Shown in pieces: positions 37,128 to 49,300 of a stretch of 64,000 nucleotides of DNA. Made by a program: the position numbers and the translations under genes. The stretch covers positions 62,001 through 126,000 of the forward strand of contig QPMI01000159.1 of the NCBI GenBank assembly GCA_004431415.1, read 5' to 3'. The notes below the pieces were generated by a model that saw nothing but the letters and a program-made list of their open reading frames with translations, was not told where the DNA came from and did no database searches. Numbering within the stretch: position 1 is the stretch's first letter; each line of letters begins with the position of its first letter. Origin of the DNA: Cyanophora paradoxa CCMP329. Lineage: Eukaryota; Plantae; Glaucophyta.

Positions 37128-39719
37128 TTAAGCGGTGCACACGACGAACATGCGGCGGCTGAGGGACTCCGGCGCGTCTGGCCGCTTCGTCACCAGGATC
37201 AGCTGCCGGCCAAAGCAAGCTCAGCAGGAGGAGACGGAAGAGGTACCCCCCCTTCGGCCGCCCGAATAGCGTACCCGGAATTCGGCGAGGTTTCGCTCGC
37301 TGTACTTTTCGAAGGCGTACTCGGCCCGGTCCAGGGGCGGGGGTACCGTCCCGTCCGCCGCTAGGGTACACGTATGAGACGTGGGGGGGGGGGGGGGGCG
37401 GGCAGGGGCGGGGGGCTACCGGGCGGGTCGGGGGGCGCGTCGAGGACGTGCCGCAGGAAGGCCTGCAGGTCGTCCAGGAGGGCTACCGAGAGGTCCAGGA
37501 CCTGGGGGGTACACGTTCTCTTTCGGTGCGGGCGGAAAAAGGAGAGGGGCGGACCTTCTCAAGCAGTCCGGGGTACACGGCGTCGAATTTTGCGCGCAGG
37601 AATTCGACGTCGATCTGTTCGGTTGCCGAGTCGGGGGTGGGAGGAGAGGGGCGCGGGGGTACGGCGTGCTCGGACCGGGGCGTCGGCGGCGTCGATCACG
37701 ACGGGCTTCCCGTACCGGAGACCTCCAAGCAGCGCGAGCCGCAGGGAGGGTACCTCAAGGTCCCTCGCCGAAGCCCACTGCGCGGGGGTACTTCAATCTC
37801 TCGGAGGGTACATGAAAGGAAGTAATTCAAGGTGAGGGGGGTACGGCGCGCCCGCAGGTAGTTCGTGTCGCGGTACGAGAGGTAGCTCGCGCCCAGCCTG
37901 CAACGCGGTCGGAGAAAAGGGGGGGAGAGAGAGAACGGGGGGTACCCTGTGGGGTCGACGAGGAGGACGCAGCGCCCCGTGAAGCCGGCCTTGTCCAGCA
38001 CGTCGGGGAGCCCCTTCATCCCCACCTGGAGGGGGGGAAATTAGGGGGGGGGAGAGGGGGGGGGTAGAGGTAGACCTCGACGACGAAGCGGTGCCGGCCG
38101 GGGGCGGAGGGCGCCTTCTCCTCCTCTTCGGTGTCGTACAGCAGCTCCTGGGTACACCGTTTTCGCAAGGTGGGAGAGCGCGATGCGGGGGGGGTACGTG
38201 CGGACCTGCAGGGCAGTGCGCCCGGCCTCGCCGGGGCCGCCCCCGCCCGCCTGCATCCTAAGGGGCGGCCCGCTGAGAGAACCGCGTACCCCTGCTCAAG
38301 AGCGCTTCGCGTACCCCTTCGCGGCGAGGGCGGCCTCCCGGGCGGCCCTCGCCCTCTGCACGTCCTCGGGCTGCGAAGGAAGGCAGGCGGGGGCGGGGGT
38401 GGGCGGGCGCCGGGCCAGGCGGGGCCCCTGGAAAGATGGCGCCGGCGGCGGGCGGGCGGGCGCGCCTTCCAGGCCTCCAGCGCCTCCTTTATCTCCTGCG
38501 TCGCCGCCACCTGCGCCGGTCCCTGCCGCGCGCCCGTGGGATGTCACTACTGCTGTACCCCCTGAACGAGTCATCCCCCCCGGACCTCGAGGGAGTCTGA
38601 GGAGGTAGAGGGGTCGGCGCCGGCGTCGAGGAGGAGCCGGACCGTCCCCGCCTTGCCCCCGAAGGCCGCCCGGAACAGCGGCGTCCGCCCCTGCCGCAGG
38701 AGGAGCGAAGTCGCGACGGACGGGCGGAAAGCGCCGCCGGGGGGTACGCGTGCTGCGCGCCTTCGAGTTCCTAGCGTCCACCTCCGCTGCGGTCTCCTCG
38801 AGGAGGTACCGGACGACCTCGTCCGCCCCCGCGCTGGGGGTACGGCGTTGCGGACGGGGGGGGGGGGGGGGGGTACGGCGCCGGCGGACCAGGCGGCCTC
38901 GGAGAGGGGCGAGTTCCCCTCGTGGTCCCGACACTCCACGCGTACCCCCCGCTCGATGCCGGCGCGCACCTGGCGGGGGCTCATTAAGGGGGGGGAGGAA
39001 GCTAGAGGGGTAGCGGGCCTTCTCGAGCTCGTCGTCGAAGCAGGCGGCGAGGAGCGTCTTCTCGGCGCGGCTCCGGTCCTCCCGCCGCTTCTTTTTCCTC
39101 TCCACCTGCTCCTCGCTCGCGCCGGCGGCCGGCGGCGGGCGCGCGCGGGCGCGGGCGCGCGCCTTCTCTCGGATGCGGGCCTCCTCGGCCTGGATGCGCG
39201 CCGCCAGCTCCGCCCGCTCCGCCTCCAGCTGCGGCCGCACGCGCCCGCGCGTGAGCGGCCGCACGACGGCGTCTGTCCGCGCGGCGCTGGACCGGAGCCG
39301 GGTCGGACCCGCTGCTCCTCCTCTGCCTCCAGGCGCTGCCGCTCTTCTTCCGACATCAGAAGCGACGCGGTGGGCACTCCCGCGAGCGCCACGGCTCCCC
39401 CAGGCGCTGCCGCCTTCCCTTTCGCGGCGCCCTTGCCATGCTTTGCGCCCTTCGCCGGCGCCGACGCCGCTGGCTTGGTCGGGGACGCCGCGGCCGGCCT
39501 GCATACGCGCGAAGCGATCGGTCATCGATCAAGCACGTACAAGTGCGCTGCTTACTTTTTAGCTGCAGCACTGGACCCGGAGCTCGCTGCTGCGGGTTTC
39601 GAGGCTGGCTTCGCGGCGGGGGGCGCGGCAGGTCTCGCTGCTGCGGGCTTAGCGACTGCAGCAGCTGGCTTAGCCGCTGCGGGCTTCGGCGCAGCAGCGG
39701 GCGCTGCCTTCGGCGGCAT
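37128..39719 (-). CDS. IQANK1-like ankyrin-repeat protein with PAK-rich N-terminus
   Basis: MPPKAAPAAAPKPAA..; ankyrin repeats DHEGNSPLSEAA and NSKGRTPLFRAAFGGKAGTVRLLLDAGADP; C-terminal block LLVDPTGLGASYLSYRDTNYL..LLGGLRYGKPVVID..FRLILVTK is as I recall for IQANK1 proteins. Confidence 0.75.
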
Positions 39720-39773
39720 TGCACAGTGAAGTGTAGTGTACCCCTTTGCAGAAGGGGGGCTTAGGCGGCGGCC

Positions 39774-41025
39774 ATGCCCAGCGCTCTCGTTCGGGCCGCG
39801 GCCGCCGCGAAGAGGGCGCCCCGAGTGCTTCAGAATGCCGTAGCGGCGTCGGACGTGCGACACGCCGCCGCGTTCGCACCCTCGAGGCCCGCACGCGCCC
39901 AGGACCCGGTCGCGGCCGCCTACTCCGAGAAGGAGCTCAACGAGCGTGCGCCTCTTGCGTGCTGCCCGCGCGCCGCTTGGCCGTGACGTTGCCGCGGCCC
40001 GTGTGCAGGCATTCTTGCGGACGATGGCTCGACGGCAGGGCGCGCTCCGAGCGGTGCAGTCGGCGATGGCGCTTCGGGCGGCGCGGCCGGATCGTCGTCG
40101 CATGGCGCGGCGCAGGAAGGCCCGGAGCGGCCGTCGCACCGGTGGGCGCCGCTCTTCAACCGCACGCCGGAGCGCGAGATGCTGGAGCGCATGATCCGCA
40201 TCGACCACGCCGGCGAGTACGGGGCCGTGAGGATCTACGAGGGCCAGCTCGCCGTCCTGGGGAAGAGCAGCGCGGGCGACCTCATCAGGGCGCGCGCGCC
40301 GGTCGGCCGCGGCCGCGCGCGCCGGGCTGACGCGGGCGCAGGAGATGCAGGAGCACGAGAAGCGGCACCTGGAGGCCTTCAACGAGACGATCCGCGAGTA
40401 CCGCGTCCGCCCGACGGCGCTCCTCCCCGTCTGGCACGTCGCCGGCTACGCCCTCGGTCCGCCCCGCCTGCCCCTCCCGGCCCCCGCCCTTCCCCCTGGA
40501 ACGGCGCGCAGGCATGGGCACGGCGCTGCTGGGCAAGGAGGCCGCGATGGCCTGCACGGTCGCCGTGGAGGAGGTCATCTCCGAGCACTACAACGACCAG
40601 GTCTCGAATCCCGGCGGGCCCCATTTCCCGTCCGGGTTCAAGAGTACCCCCGGCAGGTCCGGACCCTCACGACGAACTCGGCCTTCAGGGAGGACGAGGC
40701 CCTCAAGACGGTCCGCGTTTCCCGTACCCCCAGCCCCCTCCCCTAGCTTAGTGCTAGCTATAGCTACCACGCGCATCCCTGACCTCCAATCTCCGTACCC
40801 CCAGATGTTCCGCGAGTTTCGGGACGACGAGGAGATGCACAGAGAGATCGGGGTACGGGAGGACGCCGAGCGGGCCCCCCTGTATGGCCCCCTCACGCAG
40901 GTTCGAGTCCGGCCCGCCCCCTTTCAGATTCGCCCCCTGCCCATGGCCAGCGAGGTCCTGATCACGGCCAGCAGGTGATCAAGGCGGGCTGTCGGGCGGC
41001 GATTTGGATCTCCTCCCGCGTATAG
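39774..41025 (+). CDS. COQ7: 5-demethoxyubiquinone hydroxylase (di-iron), mitochondrial
   Basis: MIRIDHAGEYGAVRIYEGQ, EHEKRHL, VRPTALLPVWHVAGYALG, EAAMACTVAVEEVISEHYNDQ, FRDDEEMH, VIKAGCRAAIWIS; stop TAG 41023-41025. Confidence 0.96.
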
Positions 41026-42223
41026 AGCACGGGATCCTGCTATCAGCTGCCAGGCTGGTGCATCTTTCCAAGTCTCAGCTTTACATGTACAGATCGAAAA
41101 AGCTTCATGCCACGCGCACGATATCGGTGATTGTGATCAACATCAGATCCAGACGTGTATATATGCATATGCATCGTCATGGCTGATACCGATCGAAGTT
41201 TGCATAGATATGCATTTGTGCGCGCTACGTATACTATAGCTTGGCTAGAATTAGCGGTCGAGCCCTGGGAACGTCTAAATCTGCTCGCTATATATAGCTC
41301 GAGCTCTAGCTATAGCTTTAGCCTAGTAGGGGCCTATCTAACGCCCTGGGGGTCTATATCTATATAGCTATATATATATATATAGCTATAGCTAGAGTCT
41401 AAATCTGCTCGAAGCCAGAGCGAACGTACGCGTCGATCTCACTGCATGCAGCACTAGTACTGTTGGCCATGATGAGGCAGCCGCTGCAGCTGAGCCCGAT
41501 CTCACCCTGCTGATCTCACGCGGCCCGTTGGGCCAGCATTGCCGGCGAATTTGCAGCAGCAGCGCCCCTAAACCTGCATGCAAGGGCAGCAGGGCCCAAT
41601 GCGCGGCCCATATGCATTGAGGCAGCCTTGCGCATGCGCATGCCGCAGCTATGCGATGGCTTGAACAGTGAAAGCGCTATATAGGCTAAGATGATATAGC
41701 TAGCCCGTGCACCGAGTCAGCTTGCCAAGTTAAACGTTACCGTACGTCACACACTAGTACGTTAACGTTGGACACTAGTACTGTGACAGTTACTTGGATT
41801 AGTACGTATATAATAGTACCGTAGTACGTACTACGTATATACGTTGTACGTACTAGTACGGTACTACTGGCAGACTGTGGCAGTGTACTGCGGCAAGTCG
41901 CCGACTCGCCGGCGCCGGCAACTTGAGCCGCAAGTTCCCGCCACTTGAGCGCTCATGTGCATATGCATGCTACCACGTACCCGGATATCGATCGGATCGG
42001 AGATTCGGAGATTCCTATCAAGCTCGAAAGTCCGATCCGAGTCGACATCCGATGATAATCCGATCCGATGATTCCGACTCGGCGATCTAGATCTAGATTC
42101 TACTACTATCATTCTAGACTCCGATCGGCGATCGCGATTCGCGAGTCGAATGCATGCATATGAGCTCTTACGCGTGTGGCGAATTACTGCCGATCGAATC
42201 ATGATCACCATGGCACACTAGTA

Positions 42224-42418
42224 CTACCGCATAACAGAATATTGGTACCGGTGCGCATAATATTAATGCGCCCCCAATTTAATGCGTTTTCTGCCGTCAA
42301 AACGCATTAATTTGGGGGCGCATTAATATTGAAGCGCTAAGAAACTGCGGTCTGTACCCCCCACATGCAGCCAAAAACGCATTAATATTGAGCGCATAAA
42401 TATTGTGTTATGCGGTAG
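42224..42418. mobile_element. MITE with 20-bp TIRs and TA target duplication (Tc1/mariner-type), with an internal 32-bp inverted repeat
   Basis: TA|CTACCGCATAACAGAATATT ... AATATTGTGTTATGCGGTAG|TA (1 mismatch). Internal arms 42259-42290 and 42299-42330. Absent from the paralogous upstream region at about 53.1-53.2 kb. Confidence 0.85.
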
Positions 42419-42543
42419 TACTACCTGGCAGCAGGCTGACACAGTGCATCGATACTACTACTATTCTACTAGTATTAGTTGATATAGTTGTAGCTAGTAG
42501 CTACTAGCTACTAGATATAGGGTAGTATAGGCTAGTACTAGTA

Positions 42544-42773
42544 CTGTAGAACTGGTTAATTTAGTACAGGAAAATAATTAGTACTTCGCCAAAACTGCCA
42601 CTTTAGCGGCTGGTAAAACTTTAGTAGGTCAGTCTTCGCAGGGCGTTTGTATGGCGGAGGCGGGGCTACCCCTACAAATTCTCGGCTTTAGCAGGCGAGA
42701 AATATTTAGTAGATCGCCCAAAAACTTTTAGTACTATAAATATGCAGCCCACTAAATATTTCTAGCTCTCCAG
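42544..42773. mobile_element. Degenerate AT-rich MITE-like insertion flanked by TA
   Basis: TA|CTGTAGAACTGG ... CTAGCTCTCCAG|TA (imperfect TIRs). Missing from the paralogous copy. Confidence 0.45.
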
Positions 42774-43310
42774 TAGTAGCTATTTAGCCTTGCTAGGCTT
42801 GATCGCCGATCGCGCGATCATCGGATCGGGCCTGCCAGGAGCCCATGCGTGCAGCGTCAAACGTTAGCGCGGGGGGTACATCACCGTACGTGCCGTGCAT
42901 GCCGTAGCTTAGGCTGGTACCTCACCGTACGGTCCGTATACGTACCTCGCCTTCGAGAATCGCCGCAGCGCCCTAGGCCTGCATGCGAGCGTGGTAGCTA
43001 GCCGCACACAAGAAGCTCAAGGACACAAGCACGAACGGTGCGTCGTCCTATATAGCTACGGTCGATTTCGCGTCCTGAAGGCTTGAATTTAGCCATATAT
43101 GTACGCGTATGCTTGTGCGCATGCACGGTTCCGAACGCAACTAAGCGGCGCGCGTCCGACGGTCGGCCGTACGCGTCGAAGTTCGGACCGAGCTAGCTAG
43201 CCATAGAGCGCGCGCTGGGGTCGAGCTCGAGCTCGCCGAGCTCGAGTGTACGAGGCGCGGTCCACTCAAGCTCCCTCGCTGCGGCGCAGGCTCAATCCTG
43301 ACCAGGAGCA

Positions 43311-46300
43311 ATGGCGACGACGATCTACAGCCCTTCTGGCTTCCACCGATGGAACACGTCTCTGATCAGCGGTGCCGGCGGATGGGAGCTTCGGCCGAAG
43401 TCCGAGCTCCCTCCTCTACCCGTTTCGCCGGGGACGCTTTACGGCGAATCGAACAACGGATGGATGTGGAACGGGGCCATGTGGACTGTGCCGTACCCGC
43501 CGCCTACGTCGCCCACCGCCGACGAGCTCCAGGTCCGATTTGACTTGCTCAGGATTATTTTGAATTCATGATTTCTGCTATTAATATATATTGCCGATCA
43601 TTTCTAGATCTAAGTAAAACTTCAGATCTAGAAGCTTCATGCTAAATGACTTCTTTTAATACGAATACATTCTTACTTTAGCACGCTCGCACGTGCAGCG
43701 GTGGCTGAGTCCGACTACAACGAACTTCACGAAGTTGATTTCGACGGACTCCACGATTACGACGGACGCTAACACAGCTTCGAATTCCGATCTGACGAAC
43801 ACCACGACGTCGACGACGACTCAGGATCCGGATCCGACGGACACCACTGTCACGCAGCCCTGCGATGAACTCAACGCGTCGCCCGGCATCAAGATCGAGG
43901 CCGTGCGTCGCGCGTACGCGTATCGCCCTAAAGAATACATATGATAGCTATAGTGTATAGACATATTGATGAGCTTCACCAAGCCTCAGAGTTAACGTTC
44001 CGCCGGCGCTGCGCGCGTTTGACGTCGACGTCTCATGCATATGATCAACGCCGGTGCCGCAGGGAGCATACGAGCTCCCTTTCACGGAGGTGGGCTCTAT
44101 CCGCGTCGACTCCGCGGTCTACAACGGCACCGGCCCGTACACGGCGCCCGGGACCAAGACCCAGCAATACACGTGAGCCCAATACAATCATGATCATGAT
44201 CGCAATTATAAAGATCATAAATCCAAACGCCACGAAATCGAAATAATATTCAATGCTCGTGGCCAGCTATACCGATCCGTACAAGCAGACGAAGACTTTC
44301 GATGCTACAGACAGCTACACCGAAACTGGTTCGAATGTTTATTATTGCATCGAATTATACATATCGTGGCTAGCGCTCAATTTGAATTCGGACTTGCACC
44401 TTACGTGTGCTGTTTTTCAACAGGCAAATACGTGATCCGCCAGCACGTTACGCCCACTGACATCTTCTATGGCAAGGAGGTCCCGATCAGGTGCGCTTCG
44501 TATTGCTGCGCATGCAGCAGCTCGAGCTCGCCGCGAGCTCGAGCATCCTGACCGGAGCTTTGAATTTAATTCGGATGTGCGCAGCTCCAGCGCGCACACG
44601 CCCACCCCGGCGGAGGACAAGATCACGTGGACCCGCGACGAGAAGACCGAGTCCTTCAGCGGCACCTCCTCGAGCCAGACCCCGAAAGCCCCCTCGTCCC
44701 CCGAGCGGCTCCCCGCCCCGGGCGCCCCCGGCGAGTGGACCCAGGAGGGTCTCTCGATCACGACCACGAAGAACGAGGTCATTACGTATGCGACTGCGCA
44801 GCAGGCCTGCTCCGGCACCGGCCCTTGGTGCATGCTTTCGCTGATGATCACGATGAGAACTCGGAAATAATTATAAAATCACGATGAACGCATTTCCTAT
44901 TCTAGATCCCCCGTTACCTTGCAAATGCATTCTCGCAAGACGCTCACTCTACAACCTGTTTGCAGCTTCCAGGCGAATCTGTACTCGCTCTCGGTCGAGC
45001 AGGCGAAGCCGCTGACCGACCTCTCGACCTTCACCGACGAAACGGTCAAGGCCACATTGGAGTCGATGCTCCTCAGCGCCCACGGCCTCAACGAGGTGCG
45101 TGAGGCGGGACAAAGTTTAGATCAATTTAGAGCTGATGGGCGCCAACCTGTCATTTGCTGAGGTGGGGGCTCCGGCGATATCAATGCCCTTGCGTGCAGA
45201 TTTCCGATCCCGAGGCAGTCACGAAAGTTGTCCTGTCGGGCACGCCGCTTGCGAAGGTGCGCTACAATTCGCAACTTCCAAAGTGAAGATGGCCATGGGT
45301 CGAGCGTGCGCTCACACTGTGTCGCCGTCGCCTGCAATTGCTCAGGACGTGCAAACGATCCCCTACACGCTCACCTACGACGTGAACACGCACAAGGACT
45401 TCCAGCGCACGGTCGAGGAGAAGGGCACTTTCACTAAGACCGAGGTGCGGCAATACGTTATGCATAGCGAACGCTGGACGCGCGTTCGCTGCCGCCGCTA
45501 CCCGTGTGCGGAATTCACCCTGCGCGGGGGCAGACGGGCACGATCAGCGGCGTCGGTCCCTACACGTTCCTCGACGGCGGCTTCGACATCGGCGATTACG
45601 CCAAACCCGGTGCGTGCCCTGAAGCGAATTGCATTTATAGTTATATTATATTTATTAGCATCCTTGTCTTATTTTCAACGTCGGATAATGTCGATTGACC
45701 TTTCCTCGTGCAGGGCTCGAGGTGAATCTGGCGCCGGCTCTGACGCTCTCATAAATACCTGTACCAGTTACTCGAGAAACCTGTAATGCGCTTACAGCTG
45801 CCTATTTGCGCAGGTCGGTCGGTACGAGGTGCACGCGCGCGAGGACCGAGAGAGCACCACCAAGACCGCGCACTCCGAGGTGGAGAACATCAATCCCAAC
45901 CAGGTCAGCTAGCGCGTGATTTCATACCCGGTCCGGGCTCTTCTTTCGACCTGATGCTATTTCGAATTCGCGCGCCGCGTGCACAGACGCTTCTGCCTGG
46001 CGGGACCGAGCTTCCTAGCGGCTCCGCCAGCCTGACGCCCACTGCCAAAATCAGCGGCACGCGGGTGCGCATGCATATGTGCGCGGCCCCTCGAGCCTCG
46101 CGCATCTTAGATTCATGTCTACTTTCGCTCGCATCGTCTCGCGCATCGTAGACGCGTGCCAACTTTGCCTCGTATATGCATCGTCTGAACGCTCCTTTTC
46201 AACCGCAGGATCCGGCTTCGGAGACGCGGACCGACAAGGCTCAAATCTTTGTGCCCGAGAAGTTCATTCCGGGGTCCGCGGCCGCGCTCATTTGTGCTCG

Positions 46301-49300
46301 CGTCCTGTCCGTCCAATTTCTAATTATGCGTCCACATTTATCCCAGGACAATCAACGCGACCCCCGACTTCACGGCCTCGGCTCCCGGCCCCAAGTCCTG
46401 CATCACTGTGCGTTCTGGAATATCAGCGATTGATCATAACAAACTAAATTGAAGCGGCTGTGTAACTAGCTGCGTTAACTTTTGGGCGCCGCACCGCCTC
46501 AACTCGCGCTTGCTCACTTCGAATTCACTGCAGGGCGACTGCTTGGCGCTGAAGGGTCCCAGCGTGAACTACTCCGCGCAGATGTCAAGCATGTGCCGGT
46601 GCGTGTTAGCTGTTCTCTCTCACACAGCGTCCGGATCGCTGATCACGATAATATGATTTCGCTACGGATATACGTAGCGGCGATGGGAAGTGCGAGGTCC
46701 CGACGGACATGAAGTGCCCACATCCGCTGGACACGTCATCGGCCGCATCCAACACCAGCACCACCGCCACCGACACCAGCGGCCCGGAGACAACGATATT
46801 CGACGCCGAAGTGATTTTGGGCCCCTTCGGTGCATGCTTGACCGCGGCCGGCGGCGACAGCGGGACGCAAGCGACATTCCAAGATTGCGAAACCAAGGAG
46901 GTTACCGTGAACGGCACGTCCGTCCAAGGTGCCCGGTCCCGACTTAAAAGCTGTGAATCGAACTGCGCATCCGTTTGATCGCTTTTTGGGAACTCCGTGG
47001 CGCAGTTTACTCCAATCCCAACCAGGTCCGATCATATATATAATCACTTTGTCGAACTTATCCTGCAATATTAACAATTGACGAATTCGAATCTGCTCTC
47101 TTTGCGTATGCGCAGCTCTGGGTGACTAAAACGACATCCGAGCTCGCTGACGCGCACGGAACAAACGCCCAAGTAATTTACAACTACGGTGCGCTCCTTG
47201 CAGCGAGCTTATGTGCATATGCATGCTCTGCGGGCATCTTGACTTCGATCACGAAGCCTCACTGCTGTTTCCTTTGCAACATGTACAGCGAACGGGGCTG
47301 TGCTATCTACATCCACAACAGGTGCGCATATGCATGTCCTGTTTTTTGCGCACCGGTACCTATAAATCACTGGTTTTGTTGCGGACGCACACTCGAGCTT
47401 TATCCAATCGCCTTAACGTGCCACACAGGCATCTTCGAGACTCCTGCGGGCCAGACGGACAAGGGCGACTTCGCGGTGACTGCGGAGTTCGCCTCTGCGA
47501 ATGGGGCGCCCAGCTATCATGTCATCAACAAAACGTTTATCGACGACGTAGTGCGCCCTCTAGATCTGCCTTGCCGCCGGCGCCGCGCCGCTCGCATGCA
47601 TCCTGCAAATTGATCGATGTCGTTTCGTGCTGATTTCTGAGCGCGATCAGCTGCAGTACCGGCTTTCGTTCGCCGATAATCCGGACCTGTGCATGACAAT
47701 GGGCGAAGGAGGCACGGCTGCCATGTGCGTCAGCATAACTCTTAGCATACATAATCAAGCCAGTAGAGATGTCGACAATTTCGCGCAGGTTTCCGTGCAA
47801 GGATCCGGATACCGGGAACCAGGTACGCCCTCTATTAATAATTCAGGCATGAGCATGCGCAGTTCGCATAACCTTATCTTCAACAGCGTAATAGCTCGAC
47901 CATGCGATTAAACTTTTATATGTTTAATTGAGTAAATCTGCGCCGGCGACCACATTTACCGATTGATACCGCAGATGGGCTCCCCGATCTTGTTCAAGGC
48001 CGTGCAGACGGATGTCGGGCCGGCATCCAAGTCCCTTTGGCTTGATCCCTACCCCCTGGAGAGCCCTACGACGCCGTCCACATCGGGCCCGTACAAGGGC
48101 AGTGTGCTGCTCCGCAACGCCAACCTCTGCCTCACCGCAATGGACAGTGGCGAAGTGACTTTTGCTTATTGCACACACGGAGGAAGTGTTGATGGCGACA
48201 CTTTTATGCCCAGTGCGTCGATTTGACACGCGAAGCCCCGCGCGTGAGCGCTGGAACGTTCACTGATATCGATGCTGCTCGCAATCGCTCCTGCGGTGCA
48301 TGTGTGCAGTCGTCGCCGACCCAAGCCAGGTCCGGATCCGTCTGCGCGCCCTCCAGCTAACAGAGATATTAATGTCATGGGTTATTGGCAGCTCTGGACG
48401 CCAGTTGCGCACGGAAATTCATACGTGCTCTACAATCACAAGACGGGGAACGTTCTAGAGGCTTCTGGAAGTGCGCGTCTAGGGGCGTTTTCGAAACTCG
48501 CGGGCGTGTTGTTCATTTGTGCTCGTGGTAGATGAAGAAAACCAGACCGACGTGCTGGACTCGCTGACCAGCACGACTTCGGCGCCCCCCGATCAGCTGG
48601 GCGGCCACCAGACGGTCGCGTTCAACTGGGACGTCTCGCAGTGGGAGCTCGCAGGCGGCTCGGCGAACAACATGTGGATCGAGTCGCCGATCTCGCGGAT
48701 GGTGCGCTAGCGCTCGAGCTTGCCACTACCTGTTACGTGCATGGCGACCTTGCGCATTCTAAGCTCTCGATGTTCCTCGCAGACTATGGTGTCGCTCGGC
48801 GATAACCCGGGGCAATGTGTCTACCGAGGCACCACCGAGAAGGACTACAGGTTCGATGAGGAATCCGGACTCGAAAGCTGGGCTGCAGTCACGTGCGCAT
48901 GCAATTGCAATTGTTCGATGAATCAACACGTTCGACTGCAACTGAAATCATTGCCTTGCCCTTTCGCAGACTCCCGTGCGATGTCCAGACCGCTATGAAT
49001 GTACCCGGCGCGGTGCCTGCCGTTTCCCCCCTGCAGCTGATTTCGATTTCGTCCGAAAATTAAATGTAATTCCAACGCCTCACGTGCGCTCTGATCGCAG
49101 GGACCAGACGGGGTACGCCGTGACGCGGCCTGGGCCGCGCACATTGCAATAATATATAAGTCTCTGACAGACCACTATGCCGTTAACGTTTCCAATGCAG
49201 GAGGCCGGTTTCCTTCAAGTCACTCCGGCGTTGGCGCTCGTCCCCATGAGCGCGAGCATCCCCAAGGACTCCGTCGCGGAGACGTTCCCTGCCCCGCCCA

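Noticed and set aside
438-41000. Many long overlapping Arg/Gly/Pro/Ala-rich ORFs in the six-frame track
   Set aside because: Artefacts of very high GC and of in-frame introns; the real genes are spliced and explained above.
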